DNA from: Nitrosopumilaceae archaeon
GTDB lineage: Archaea; Thermoproteota; Nitrososphaeria; Nitrososphaerales; Nitrosopumilaceae
Assembly: GCA_965200155.1 (NCBI GenBank)
Contig: CBDATR010000024.1
Coordinates: forward strand, 384,001-448,000
Length of the DNA: 64,000 nucleotides
Direction: 5' to 3'
Part shown: one piece after another, positions 51,539-61,130 of the stretch
How the letters are laid out: every line of letters starts with the position of its first letter
Position numbering within the stretch: position 1 is the stretch's first letter
Notes under the pieces: generated by a model
What the model saw: the letters and a program-made list of their open reading frames with translations, nothing else
What the model was told of the DNA's origin: nothing
Databases searched by the model: none
Translations under genes and position numbers: made by a program

Positions 51539-52251
51539 TGGGTATACTGGATGTCATATCATTTCTTAGCATAATACCATACAAGAGAGGTCGCATAGAG
51601 GGAGCCGCGTCCAGCATGTATCTGTTCCCGGCAGCAGGATTGCTTGTGGGTGTTATAGCTGGCGTGGTAGGGTGGACCGTCTCCCTGTATACAGAACCGC
51701 TACTGGCAGGGATAGTAGTGGCGACCACCCTATGCATAATGACGGGCCTGCACCATATTGACGGCCTGGCAGACATGGCAGACGGGCTCATGAAAAACGG
51801 GAGCCACAAGGAGAGGATAGCTGCCATGCGGGACATGAGTACTGGTACCGCGGGAATAGTAGCGGTAGTCCTGTGTTTGGCATTTGTTGTTATAGCGGTA
51901 TCGCAGAGAACGGGCCAGGACATATTATACCTGGTCATACTATCAGAGGTGGGAGCTAAGTATGCCATGGTCGTGGCAGCATACGCGGGTAGGGCCGCGG
52001 CGCCAGGGACCGGCTCTTTATTCTGTGAAGCCGTGAATGACAGGCGGCTCCTGTTTTGCACCATTCTGTGGGCTGTGCCGCTCATACTAATGCCGGATAT
52101 CATTGTATTTGTGGCAGTGTCATTCATGACTGGGATCATTCTAGTTCTTGTGTCACGGTACAGGTTTGGCGGAGTCACAGGAGATGTATTGGGGGCGACA
52201 AACGAGATTGGTAGGGCCACCTGCATGGTTGTGGCCGTCTCAATTACATGA
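51538..52251 (+). CDS. cobS: Cobalamin synthase
   Basis: TGLHHIDGLADMADG, AMRD, GGVTGDVLGA. Confidence 0.92.
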   Translation: MGILDVISFLSIIPYKRGRIEGAASSMYLFPAAGLLVGVIAGVVGWTVSLYTEPLLAGIVVATTLCIMTGLHHIDGLADMADGLMKNGSHKERIAAMRDMSTGTAGIVAVVLCLAFVVIAVSQRTGQDILYLVILSEVGAKYAMVVAAYAGRAAAPGTGSLFCEAVNDRRLLFCTILWAVPLILMPDIIVFVAVSFMTGIILVLVSRYRFGGVTGDVLGATNEIGRATCMVVAVSIT

Positions 52252-52289
52252 CAGGCATAAAATATTCAGTGGTCACACCATTACACCAC

Positions 52290-52862
52290 ATGAACGCCTT
52301 GGTGATGGCCGGTGGTAGAGGGAGCCGGATGAGTATACCGTTCGAGAAACCGACCATACTGGGAATGATAAGACGTGTGATAGATGCATTACATGATTGT
52401 GACAGCATACAGGAGGTAGTGGTGGCCACCACAGAATATACCCCGCGCACAAAGGACATGATATCTGGACAAGCCAGAATCATAACGACACCTGGCATGG
52501 GCTATTCTGCGGATTTGGCAGTGGCCCTGAACTTGATGGAGGGACCCACCATGATATTGTCAGCTGATATGCCGCTCCTGGACCGGGACATTACAACTGG
52601 AATAGCATCATTGTATGATGATGAATACTGGGTCACCATTCTTGCACCGGTTACCGGACACGGCCACATTACCATAACACACGAGGGAGTCATATCAAGA
52701 TACACGGGCATATCCATGGTGAACGCGTCCGTGTATGAGGATGTACCTCCAGTATATCATGTCATGTACGATGTACGTGTCATGATGAATATCAATACTA
52801 TTCAGGATGTAGAACGGTTACTCAACGCTTCCCATAACTTGCCCAAAGACCTTTGTCTTTGA
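52290..52862 (+). CDS. cobY: GTP:adenosylcobinamide-phosphate guanylyltransferase
   Basis: ALVMAGGRGSRM..EKP, ADMPLL, NINT; follows cobS. Confidence 0.8.
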   Translation: MNALVMAGGRGSRMSIPFEKPTILGMIRRVIDALHDCDSIQEVVVATTEYTPRTKDMISGQARIITTPGMGYSADLAVALNLMEGPTMILSADMPLLDRDITTGIASLYDDEYWVTILAPVTGHGHITITHEGVISRYTGISMVNASVYEDVPPVYHVMYDVRVMMNINTIQDVERLLNASHNLPKDLCL

Positions 52863-53015
52863 GCCAGTGGGCTCAGTGAGCGGATTTCCGCAGGAGTTGC
52901 ATGTTATTCTCATGGTGGCATGAGAGTAGATAACCTGAACGGCCTCGCACTCCTTGCAGGATATCTTTTGGAACTTGCTGGAGGGTACCGGTATGGGAGT
53001 GTGTTCCTTTTTCAT
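52818..53015 (-). CDS. rps27e: 30S ribosomal protein S27e
   Basis: PSSKF..C..C..Q..YSH..C..CG..L.EPTG. Confidence 0.93.
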   Translation of the reverse strand: MKKEHTPIPVPSSKFQKISCKECEAVQVIYSHATMRITCNSCGNPLTEPTGSKTKVFGQVMGSVE

Positions 53016-53293
53016 ACTGCCACCAACTCGAACTTTTTAATGCGTATGCCATAGGTGTTTGCCTTTTTGTGACATGTAGAGCATGTGAGAAGTGGCGTGA
53101 CCTTCTTGGTTACCTTGGCCGGTTTTGCCAGTTTGGGGAATTTCTGTCCGCCATATCCCTTCTTTCTTTCAGCGTGACGTCTCTCGCCCCTGGCAGACCC
53201 ACGTCTCTTGCCCGCCTTGTATATGGATATCTTTTGTTGTGTGTGAGTCCGGCATTTGGGGCAATACCGGCGTATAGTCTTTGGGATATTCAT
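53012..53293 (-). CDS. rpl44e: 50S ribosomal protein L44e
   Basis: PKTIRRYCPKCRTHT, GYGGQKFP, KVTKK. Confidence 0.95.
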   Translation of the reverse strand: MNIPKTIRRYCPKCRTHTQQKISIYKAGKRRGSARGERRHAERKKGYGGQKFPKLAKPAKVTKKVTPLLTCSTCHKKANTYGIRIKKFELVAV

Positions 53294-53421
53294 GTACAAG
53301 GTGTAGTAAGCCAGACCAATTTAAGCCTAGGCGCTGAGTCTGTGTAACCATTTAGGTTGCTCCGAATTACTTGTATGACACAAAATCCGGTAAGCACAAG
53401 CCCGAACCGGTAGACGATAGC

Positions 53422-53466
53422 CCCGCCAACCCTAACGTATGCTGTGATTGCAAATGTCGCGTAGTG
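53422..53466 (-). repeat. 45-bp dispersed repeat (partner at 10583..10627)
   Basis: 40/45 identity. Confidence 0.7.
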
Positions 53467-53687
53467 AGATAACAGGATTTAGTCCCTACCTTGGTGGCAT
53501 ATTAGGAAAAATACTCGGGCGATCTAAACAATTACTACATTTTGCGTTGATGTATAATCATAACACCTAGACTTTGCAAAGCCCTCAACCATCGGATAAA
53601 TCCTAGGCCCTTACGGCGGGGTCTTGCGACATCTATTACGTCATAATACTATAAAATTGCTAGTTTTATACAAGTTTGTTGCATAAC

Positions 53688-54164
53688 TTAATCTCCGGTA
53701 ACGTCATGGCTGGGGGAATCATCCACTACAGGACAACATCTCCCCATGGGTATGGGCTTGCCATGTGGGCTGGTTCGTGGGTGTTCAAGAAGCGTACACA
53801 ATGCATTAGTAAACTGCTCACTCATGTGATGCTCCACACCGCATACCATTTCCTGGTCTATGTCTATCTTGAGGGCATTTGCCATCAACACCTCCAGTAA
53901 CCGGCTATTCCGCACCATCTTGTTCCCTACCTTCTCGCCGTCAATCGTAAGACTGACACCTGCCTTTGAGTAGTTGACAAGTTTCCTCCGTTTTAGCTTC
54001 TTGAGCATCTGTACCACGCTGGGCTCCTGTACCCGCAGCTTCTTTGCGATACTGCTCACCCTGACATCGCCGCCTGCCTCGTTTATGTGCCATATAGCCT
54101 TGATGTACATCTCCACGTGCTCGGCCTCGGCAGTTCCCACAAAGAGCTCCTCGTCTCCGGCCAC
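53688..54164 (-). CDS. DtxR/MntR family metal-dependent repressor
   Basis: EMYIKAI, PSVVQMLKKL, RLLE, EHH, SPHGKPIP. Confidence 0.9.
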   Translation of the reverse strand: MAGDEELFVGTAEAEHVEMYIKAIWHINEAGGDVRVSSIAKKLRVQEPSVVQMLKKLKRRKLVNYSKAGVSLTIDGEKVGNKMVRNSRLLEVLMANALKIDIDQEMVCGVEHHMSEQFTNALCTLLEHPRTSPHGKPIPMGRCCPVVDDSPSHDVTGD

Positions 54165-54165
54165 G

Positions 54166-54930
54166 TTATGGTTCCCTCGTGTCTTTTAATAAATATTCAA
54201 AGTACTCGCTGGCAAAGCCTGCAAGCTTTGCATGGTCTGCCCAGATTGCCATGAGTCCGGAGGCCTCGACCCCCACCACTTCCGGAGCCAACAACATTAA
54301 CACATACCGCTCATCGACTATGATACCTCCACCAAAGAGATTCTGCTTTATTCTAACGGTAGAGACCCGGGACAGTGATTTTACCAGCTCCGGATCCAAT
54401 CTATCAGAGGTCAGAACCGTAATGCTTATCCCCCTATCATGCAAGGCCCGCAGCCGGGGCAACGCCCCCCGAACCAGGTCATGACCGGCATCCGGTATGG
54501 ATATCATTACCTGCCGCTTGCAGGATTCGGCCATACTCCATATCTTCTTCATTATTGTGGCAGCGCCAGACAGTACCAGGGCATCCGGTTTCTCGCTGGC
54601 GCCGCTCTTCTCGTATAAAGGGCCCAAGTCAGACAATATAGTCCTCTTGTCCTGGACAAATTCCACATCCATCTGCTGCTTGATGGCATCAAGTCCGGTC
54701 TCCGGGGCCTTCGGGAAATACATGGCAGGCCTGGCGCTATCGGAGCTCACCCAGCCCTTTCGCTCCAGCGAGCCCAGTATATCATATATCTTGGAGTACG
54801 ATATGCCCACCCTGCTGCTCAAATCCTTGGCGGTGGCCTCCAGCTCCAGCAGTGCCACATATACCTGCATCTCTAGACTGGTCATGCCCAGCCTAGACAG
54901 AGCCTTGCGGGTTGCAAATGTCAGGCCCAT
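54166..54930 (-). CDS. TrmB family transcriptional regulator
   Basis: LGMTSLEMQVYVALL, SKIYDILGSLERKGWV. Confidence 0.88.
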   Translation of the reverse strand: MGLTFATRKALSRLGMTSLEMQVYVALLELEATAKDLSSRVGISYSKIYDILGSLERKGWVSSDSARPAMYFPKAPETGLDAIKQQMDVEFVQDKRTILSDLGPLYEKSGASEKPDALVLSGAATIMKKIWSMAESCKRQVMISIPDAGHDLVRGALPRLRALHDRGISITVLTSDRLDPELVKSLSRVSTVRIKQNLFGGGIIVDERYVLMLLAPEVVGVEASGLMAIWADHAKLAGFASEYFEYLLKDTREP

Positions 54931-55034
54931 ACCATAACTGGAATGATGGAAATATTTAACACCAATTTTCCCTACTTTCACCGTGTATATGTGTAAAAGG
55001 CGTTATATACTATAATTGAGTCCTTGGATCGTAA

Positions 55035-56699
55035 ATGTCATTAATACAGATATCCAACCAAAGCACAAAGAGTACGGCCAAGCGCACCACCATACGATTT
55101 ACCCAAAGCATATGTCCCGACTGCAACATGATACTGGACGCCCAGATATTTGAGCGAGAAGGACGCGTATACATGACCAAGACATGTCCCACTCATGGCG
55201 AGTGTGAGGAGCTGTACTTTGGATCTTATGAAATGTACAACAAGTTCTCCACGTACTGGATGGACGGCAAGGGTGCTCATGCACCAAACGTAATGATAGA
55301 AAAGTGCTCATGTCCGAATAACTGCGGGCTTTGCTCTAATCACCTATCACACAGCGGCCTTGCCAACATGATCGTCACCAACCGGTGCGACCTGACATGC
55401 TGGTACTGCTTCTTCTACGTCAAGAAGGGCCTGGAAGGAGCCTACATGTATGAGCCATCCAGGGATCAGGTACGGGCCATGATGAAGACACTGCGCGCGG
55501 AGCGTCCCATACCGGGCAACTCCATACAGATTACCGGCGGCGAACCCATGCTCCGGGAAGACATTACCGAGGTCATCAAGATAATGAAGGAAGAGGGCGT
55601 AGACCACATACAGATGAATACAAACGGCATACGGCACGCAATGGATCCCGAGGCTGCCAGAGATGTTCGCCTGGCTGGGTGCAACAACTTGTACCTCAGC
55701 TTTGACGGCGTCACGGCACGCACAAATCCCAAGAATCACTGGGAGATACCATACGCACTGGACAGCTGCCGCAAGACCGGTACTACCGTGGTATTCGTTC
55801 CAACGGTGATAAAATCCATAAACGACCACGAACTGGGCGGAATAATACGATACGCCCAAAAGAACATGGACGTGGTTCATGCAGTTAACTTCCAGCCAGT
55901 CTCGCTGACAGGCAGGATGGGCAAGCAGGAACGCGACAAGTACCGAATTACCATACCGGACTGCATACAACGTATAGAGGAGCAGACAAATGGCGAGGTT
56001 ACCATAGATGATTGGTTCCCCGTTCCCAGCTGCATGCCACTGACTAATGTCATAGAGGCATTCTCATCAAAGCCCAAGTATGAGCTTTCGATACACTTTG
56101 CCTGTGGTGCCGGTACCTACGTGTTCGAGGATGCAGAGACCAAAAAGTTCGTGCCCATTACAAAATTCTGCGACATACAGGGCATGCTAGAGCTATTCGA
56201 GGACAAGTCCGAAGAGATACGATCAGGCAAGAACAAGTACTTTACGATGCTCGAGGTAGTGCGAAAATTAAAAGGATTCGTCGATACCAAGAAGCAACCT
56301 GCGGGCCTAGATTTGGCCAAGATGTTCGGGAACATACTGATGAAGCGTTCCTTTGACGCGGTGGGTTCCTGGCACGTAAAGGGACTATTCCTTGGAATGA
56401 TGCACTTTCAGGACAAGTATAACGAGGACTTGGAGAGATTACAACGTTGCGACATACACTATCTTACGCCGGACCTTAGAATCATACCCTTCTGTGCCTT
56501 TAACGTGATACCGGAATGGTACCGTGACAGGATACAAAAGAAATACTCCATAACCGTCGAGGAATGGGAAGAAAGAGAGGGAGTGAAACTAGAGGACGGT
56601 CTGTACAGAGGACTCATGAGACGTGGAGCAGGCGATGAGCTCGCAGCTGGCTGTGCCAAGAGCGAGATGTTCCATCAGGCATCACAGTCTCTAATGTGA
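55035..56699 (+). CDS. tes: Radical SAM tetraether lipid synthase (Tes/GDGT-MAS)
   Basis: N-terminal SICPDC..CPTHG, CPNNCGLCSNH, TNRCDLTCWYC, HFACG, MHFQD..RCDIHY..IIPFC. Confidence 0.85.
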   Translation: MSLIQISNQSTKSTAKRTTIRFTQSICPDCNMILDAQIFEREGRVYMTKTCPTHGECEELYFGSYEMYNKFSTYWMDGKGAHAPNVMIEKCSCPNNCGLCSNHLSHSGLANMIVTNRCDLTCWYCFFYVKKGLEGAYMYEPSRDQVRAMMKTLRAERPIPGNSIQITGGEPMLREDITEVIKIMKEEGVDHIQMNTNGIRHAMDPEAARDVRLAGCNNLYLSFDGVTARTNPKNHWEIPYALDSCRKTGTTVVFVPTVIKSINDHELGGIIRYAQKNMDVVHAVNFQPVSLTGRMGKQERDKYRITIPDCIQRIEEQTNGEVTIDDWFPVPSCMPLTNVIEAFSSKPKYELSIHFACGAGTYVFEDAETKKFVPITKFCDIQGMLELFEDKSEEIRSGKNKYFTMLEVVRKLKGFVDTKKQPAGLDLAKMFGNILMKRSFDAVGSWHVKGLFLGMMHFQDKYNEDLERLQRCDIHYLTPDLRIIPFCAFNVIPEWYRDRIQKKYSITVEEWEEREGVKLEDGLYRGLMRRGAGDELAAGCAKSEMFHQASQSLM

Positions 56700-56791
56700 T
56701 AATTTTTGAATTCTATTTTGTTAAAGAGCGGGAGTATATGCCGCATGCATATAGTGACATTTATGGAACCCATCAATCCTGTATAGTCACC

Positions 56792-57685
56792 TTGCAGTGT
56801 GACAAGTGTCCGGAACTGGCCGTATATACAAGGAAGTACTCCGGCCAGAGCCTCTGCTCGGAGTGTTTCTCAAAGTCAATACGACATAAGACTGCCAGAA
56901 CCATATCAAAATATGACATGATACGGCGGGGTGATAAAGTGGCTGTTGCCGTATCGGGAGGCAAGGACTCGTTGTCATTATTGCATATACTGAGCATGTT
57001 ATCGCAGGACAGGGGATTTCAGATATACGCGGTTACAATAGATGAGGGAATTCCGGGATACCGGGACGAGGCGTTGCACATAGTGGAGAAGTACTGTGGC
57101 AAGATGGACATACCGTATACTGTAACCAGTTATGAAAACATGTACGGAACGACACTGGAGCAGGCACTGGATTCCCGTACTACAAAAGTGACATCATGCT
57201 CGCTGTGCGGCGTGCTCCGGCGACGCGCCATAGACAGCGCTGCAATGGGCGCAGATGTAATAGCCACGGCACACAATATGGATGACTATCTCCAGACATT
57301 CATGATAAACATTCTATCCGGTGACGTGTCCAAGGTGTACTGGACGAATCCCAGGGCAGGGAATAATCCAGCCCGCATAAAGCCATTCTGCGAGATATAC
57401 GAGTCAGAGATTGTGTTCTATGCATTTGTGAATGGCATACCCTTCCAGACGGAGCCCTGCCCCCACATGAACGAGGGCATTCGGACACCAATACGGGAGT
57501 TTCTGAATCAGTTAGAGGAGAATCACAGTGGAATGAAGAACAACATGTATGCGTCTATTCAAAAGATAGTATCCGGCCATGAGAATGTAAAGTCAAGAGG
57601 TACGTGCAAGATATGCGGACATATGGCGACTGGTGAAATATGCTCTGTATGTACCATGCTGAATGAGCAGAAAATGCACATATAA
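56792..57685 (+). CDS. tRNA 2-thiolation protein TtuA/Ncs6 family
   Basis: N- and C-terminal Zn fingers, SGGKDS PP-loop, IDEGIPGYR, CSLCGVLRR; start inferred. Confidence 0.88.
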   Translation: MQCDKCPELAVYTRKYSGQSLCSECFSKSIRHKTARTISKYDMIRRGDKVAVAVSGGKDSLSLLHILSMLSQDRGFQIYAVTIDEGIPGYRDEALHIVEKYCGKMDIPYTVTSYENMYGTTLEQALDSRTTKVTSCSLCGVLRRRAIDSAAMGADVIATAHNMDDYLQTFMINILSGDVSKVYWTNPRAGNNPARIKPFCEIYESEIVFYAFVNGIPFQTEPCPHMNEGIRTPIREFLNQLEENHSGMKNNMYASIQKIVSGHENVKSRGTCKICGHMATGEICSVCTMLNEQKMHI

Positions 57686-57707
57686 CGCATCAGGACCATA
57701 TCATAGT

Positions 57708-58024
57708 GGTAGTAGGTAGGATCGGGGTGCTAGCCGTGCCCTGTTCCGAAACCGGCTCTACGCGGAGATCAGCAACCGCTGGGTAAATCTCTGGAGGGAC
57801 GGTTCCCGCTTGGCTTGAGGGGATGAGATCACGCCGGAGCAGGTGGGTGCAGAACCGGGAACGCCCGAAGGGGCACTTCCCAGGTTCGAGCCGTTGAAAT
57901 GGATCCAGGCCCGGGAGGGAGCAGTCCTAAGATGGGACATTCACGCTTCTCCGTCAACGTGGTGGAGCTCGCAAGCCACGAGATGGGGCCGTCTGTCCAG
58001 TGAGGAGCCAGCGGGTCTACTACC
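57708..58024 (+). ncRNA. ffs: Archaeal SRP (7S) RNA
   Basis: Paired ends GGTAGTAG/CTACTACC; helix 8 CCAGGCCCGGGAGGGAGCAG; about 317 nt, GC-rich. Confidence 0.88.
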
Positions 58025-58030
58025 AAATTT

Positions 58031-58309
58031 CTAGTACCTAACATCAAAGGAGTCGAACTTCTCAGCAGTATCCTCGGTACTTATAATGACATCATCCACT
58101 ACGGCGTTGGCCGGTCCGCTGTGACACCACTCTATCATGAGTCCCAGTTTTTCATCCTCGCCTGACATTACCGCCTCAACCCTGCCGTCCTTTAGGTTAC
58201 GGACCCAGCCGGTGACCGAGTTCTGGGTGGCCTTGGTCTTCATGGCCTGCCGGAAAAAGACGCCCTGAACGCGGCCGGATACGAATACGTGCACACACTG
58301 TCTAGCCAT
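58031..58309 (-). CDS. acyP: Acylphosphatase
   Basis: VSGRVQGVFFR, GWVRNLKDGRVE. Confidence 0.95.
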   Translation of the reverse strand: MARQCVHVFVSGRVQGVFFRQAMKTKATQNSVTGWVRNLKDGRVEAVMSGEDEKLGLMIEWCHSGPANAVVDDVIISTEDTAEKFDSFDVRY

Positions 58310-58353
58310 GATAACATTGTAACACTTCCCCTATTTTTGTCAAAGGGGTCAGT

Positions 58354-59082
58354 CTAGCGCTTCTTTAGTCGTGCCCTGCCGGTCTTGCGCGCAGCTATGC
58401 TACCGACCTTGGCTCCGGGAGGCGCATCTCTAGCCACTGTAGAGCTCTGTCCCACATGCTGGTGTCTGCCGCCGCCATGAGGGTGCACGTATGCCGCCTG
58501 TGCAACACCGCGTACAAGCGGGTATTTGCGGCCCTTTGAGCGAAAGCTGCGCCATTTTCCACCGGCACTCATGAACGGACGCTCGCCAACGCCGCCACCG
58601 GCCAGCGTACCTATCATGGCGCGATTCTTGGGGTTCAGTACTACCAAACTGCCGGAGGGTAGCTTTAGGGTGACACCGCTATCACCGTGGGAGAATATGG
58701 TTGCACTGCCTCCGGCTGACTTTACTATAGTGCCGCCGTCGCCATAATGCTTCTCTATGTTACATACGATGGTACCGTCCGGTATGTTCTGAACGCTAAT
58801 CACGTTACCCTTTGTTATGCCGGACTTTAACCCGAATTGCATGGTCGCGCCTATCTCCAGTCCCAGAACGGCGGGAATAAGGGATGTGACTCCATTCTCA
58901 AAGCGCACCTTTGCCAGAGGGGTATTGCGTCCGCGCTCATGGACGATATCGGTGACCGTCCCTTCATGGGACTCGGCCAGGGCAAAATTGGGATAGCCGG
59001 CGCGGCCAAGCTTGCCTGTTACGGTGGCGCGGAACTGGTGACCGCCGCGTCCTCTTCTGCGTACAAGTGGCCTCTTTCCCAT
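58354..59082 (-). CDS. rpl2: 50S ribosomal protein L2
   Basis: MGKR..RRGRG, VRGVA..HPHGGG, PPGAKVGSIAARKTG. Confidence 0.96.
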   Translation of the reverse strand: MGKRPLVRRRGRGGHQFRATVTGKLGRAGYPNFALAESHEGTVTDIVHERGRNTPLAKVRFENGVTSLIPAVLGLEIGATMQFGLKSGITKGNVISVQNIPDGTIVCNIEKHYGDGGTIVKSAGGSATIFSHGDSGVTLKLPSGSLVVLNPKNRAMIGTLAGGGVGERPFMSAGGKWRSFRSKGRKYPLVRGVAQAAYVHPHGGGRHQHVGQSSTVARDAPPGAKVGSIAARKTGRARLKKR

Positions 59083-59168
59083 GGGAATCATAGAACCCGG
59101 TATGAATTTTAATGTTTACGAATGGCAATGGAACGGGTATATGAAATCATGCATGCGCCTGCGTGATT

Positions 59169-60229
59169 TGTAATGTATGAAAAGTCGGTCCGCTAGTCAT
59201 TGGTATCTCACTCCATCCATTTTGCATCATTTGCCCTAATTGTCTGGGTCGCCTTTTTATTCCTGGAGTGGTGTTTCGCCGTTATCTATCCAGTGAGAAG
59301 CGCAATCTTCTCTCATTGTAGTAGTCTACATAATCCCGGAGACTGTCATAATGCCATATCTCGTTGGACTCTTAAATAAGAGTCCCCTCGTCCTTAATCA
59401 TTCCATGGAAGCGCTCCAGTTTGCCATTTGTCTGTGGATAATATGGCCTGGAATTGATTAGTATGATATCTTGATCCAGCAGTTCTTCCTCGAATAGTGT
59501 TGGTTTCCAGTTCTTTGTGACTATTCTGTCCTACGAAACACGCGCCGTTATCAGATAGTATGGATGCCGGGGCGCCGAATCGTTCTATAGCCAATCTCAG
59601 TAATATAGTGGCGTTCTCTGAGGTTGCATGCTCAAAGTATGAGTTCACGTCTTCCGGAATCTTATGCACAAATCACATTAACTAGAACAACCTGTTCCAT
59701 CAGTTATACGTAAATTTAGACACAGGTGAACTCATACTGCTCAAATAGTGCCGCTTCGACGATGCGCCTGGATGCATCATCTATGAGATTCAGTCCCTTG
59801 AAGCGCTCATCTTTCATTACATGCCAGTGCCACATTGCATTGGAATATTTACGCTCATAGCGTACCCACTCTGACTTTGCAGGTGATGATCCTGCCGTAC
59901 CGTTCTTTTTCATTATGCGATATACTGTAATTCTGTCTAAGCCTCTTTGCAATACGTACTACTCCGGCGGGATCCCTGCTGTATGCTTTAGTTACCATTC
60001 GTATCTGGGTGGCGGTGATTGGTATCATGACCTGCCCATCTTTACTCGAGTCGTTCCCGTTCTCTGGTTCACAATCTTCGTACGTGTCTTGTTTCAGGTC
60101 TTGAGCTATTTTGGTTGTGGCAACGCCTCTTTTGTCTTGATTTCTCTGTTATTCTCTTTACCATCTGGCTTGTGCAATCTGAACTACTGTACGCCGGATC
60201 CTAAGCGGACTTACTTTTCGTACTATTGA
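59169..60229 (-). mobile_element. Defective IS481-family element, copy 3, with 16-bp flanking direct repeat
   Basis: ATGCGCCTGCGTGATT (59153..59168) and ATGCGCCTGTGTGATT (60230..60245); retains ILSDNGACF. Confidence 0.88.
59637..59737 (-). mobile_element. 101-bp MITE variant nested in IS481-like copy
   Basis: TSD TGCTCAAA; carries GGAACAGGTTGTTCT. Confidence 0.95.
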
Positions 60230-60338
60230 ATGCGCCTGTGTGATTGACACATGCCAATGAACTAGCTCACACCTTAATCTTGTGCTCAAATAATACTAAT
60301 TGCCTCTATTCGCCGTACGTGAATGTAGACATACATAA

Positions 60339-61130
60339 CTAGAATGGCCTATTCACGTCTCGCGTAAATACCCAGCCAGATACAACAACTACAATACACA
60401 CAAACATTACCAGAACCCCTATGCTCAGACCCACCGGTATCCCCGAGGACAGGCCGGTCATCATCTCCCGGACCAGTAATATGGCATAGGTGGCGGGATT
60501 AAACTGCGCCAGGGTGGACAGCCAAGGTGGCATGAGCTCCAGCGGGAATAGGGCAGGACTAACCATGAATAGTGGCATGCCCATGAAATTTATCACTCCC
60601 CAGAAGGTCTCCTGCGACTTTGCAGTTGCGGCCACCATTACAGATATTCCCGAAAAGCCTAGGGAGAACATTACTACAACGGCCATGATAGGCAGTATCA
60701 TGGCATAGTTCTGGAACTGCACGCCGATGGCAAGGGCTATTCCTATTATCAGGCTGGCCTGCAAGGCAGAAACCAGTGATATGGCAAGCATCTTTCCTAG
60801 TGCCAACGATGAGCGATGCAGTGGTGAGGTCAGTGCCTTGTTCATGAATCCGTGCCGCCGATCCCATAACGTATTGACACCACCAAATATGCTGGTAAAT
60901 ATGGCCGTCAATATTATTACGCCCGGAGCCATGAACTCGATATACTCCCCCTCAAAGCCTACCTCCTGTATGAGGGGGCTGGTCCCGGCAAAGGTATTCC
61001 CGATTACAACAATCCAGACCGCGGGCTGGACTAGTCGTATCAGGACACCGCTACGGGACTTGCGGTACCGCTTTACCTCCCGCCAGAATATGGAATATAC
61101 ATCAGATATTGCATGATACAAGGGCATCAC
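60339..61130 (-). CDS. ABC-2 type transporter permease
   Basis: Six TM helices, FMAPG, FPLELMP..NPATY. Confidence 0.9.
   Translation of the reverse strand: MMPLYHAISDVYSIFWREVKRYRKSRSGVLIRLVQPAVWIVVIGNTFAGTSPLIQEVGFEGEYIEFMAPGVIILTAIFTSIFGGVNTLWDRRHGFMNKALTSPLHRSSLALGKMLAISLVSALQASLIIGIALAIGVQFQNYAMILPIMAVVVMFSLGFSGISVMVAATAKSQETFWGVINFMGMPLFMVSPALFPLELMPPWLSTLAQFNPATYAILLVREMMTGLSSGIPVGLSIGVLVMFVCIVVVVSGWVFTRDVNRPF

Noticed and set aside
57758-58047. Short ORFs over a GC-rich segment, and the GGGA tetraloop variant
   Set aside because: The segment is the SRP RNA; GGGA still fits GNRA.
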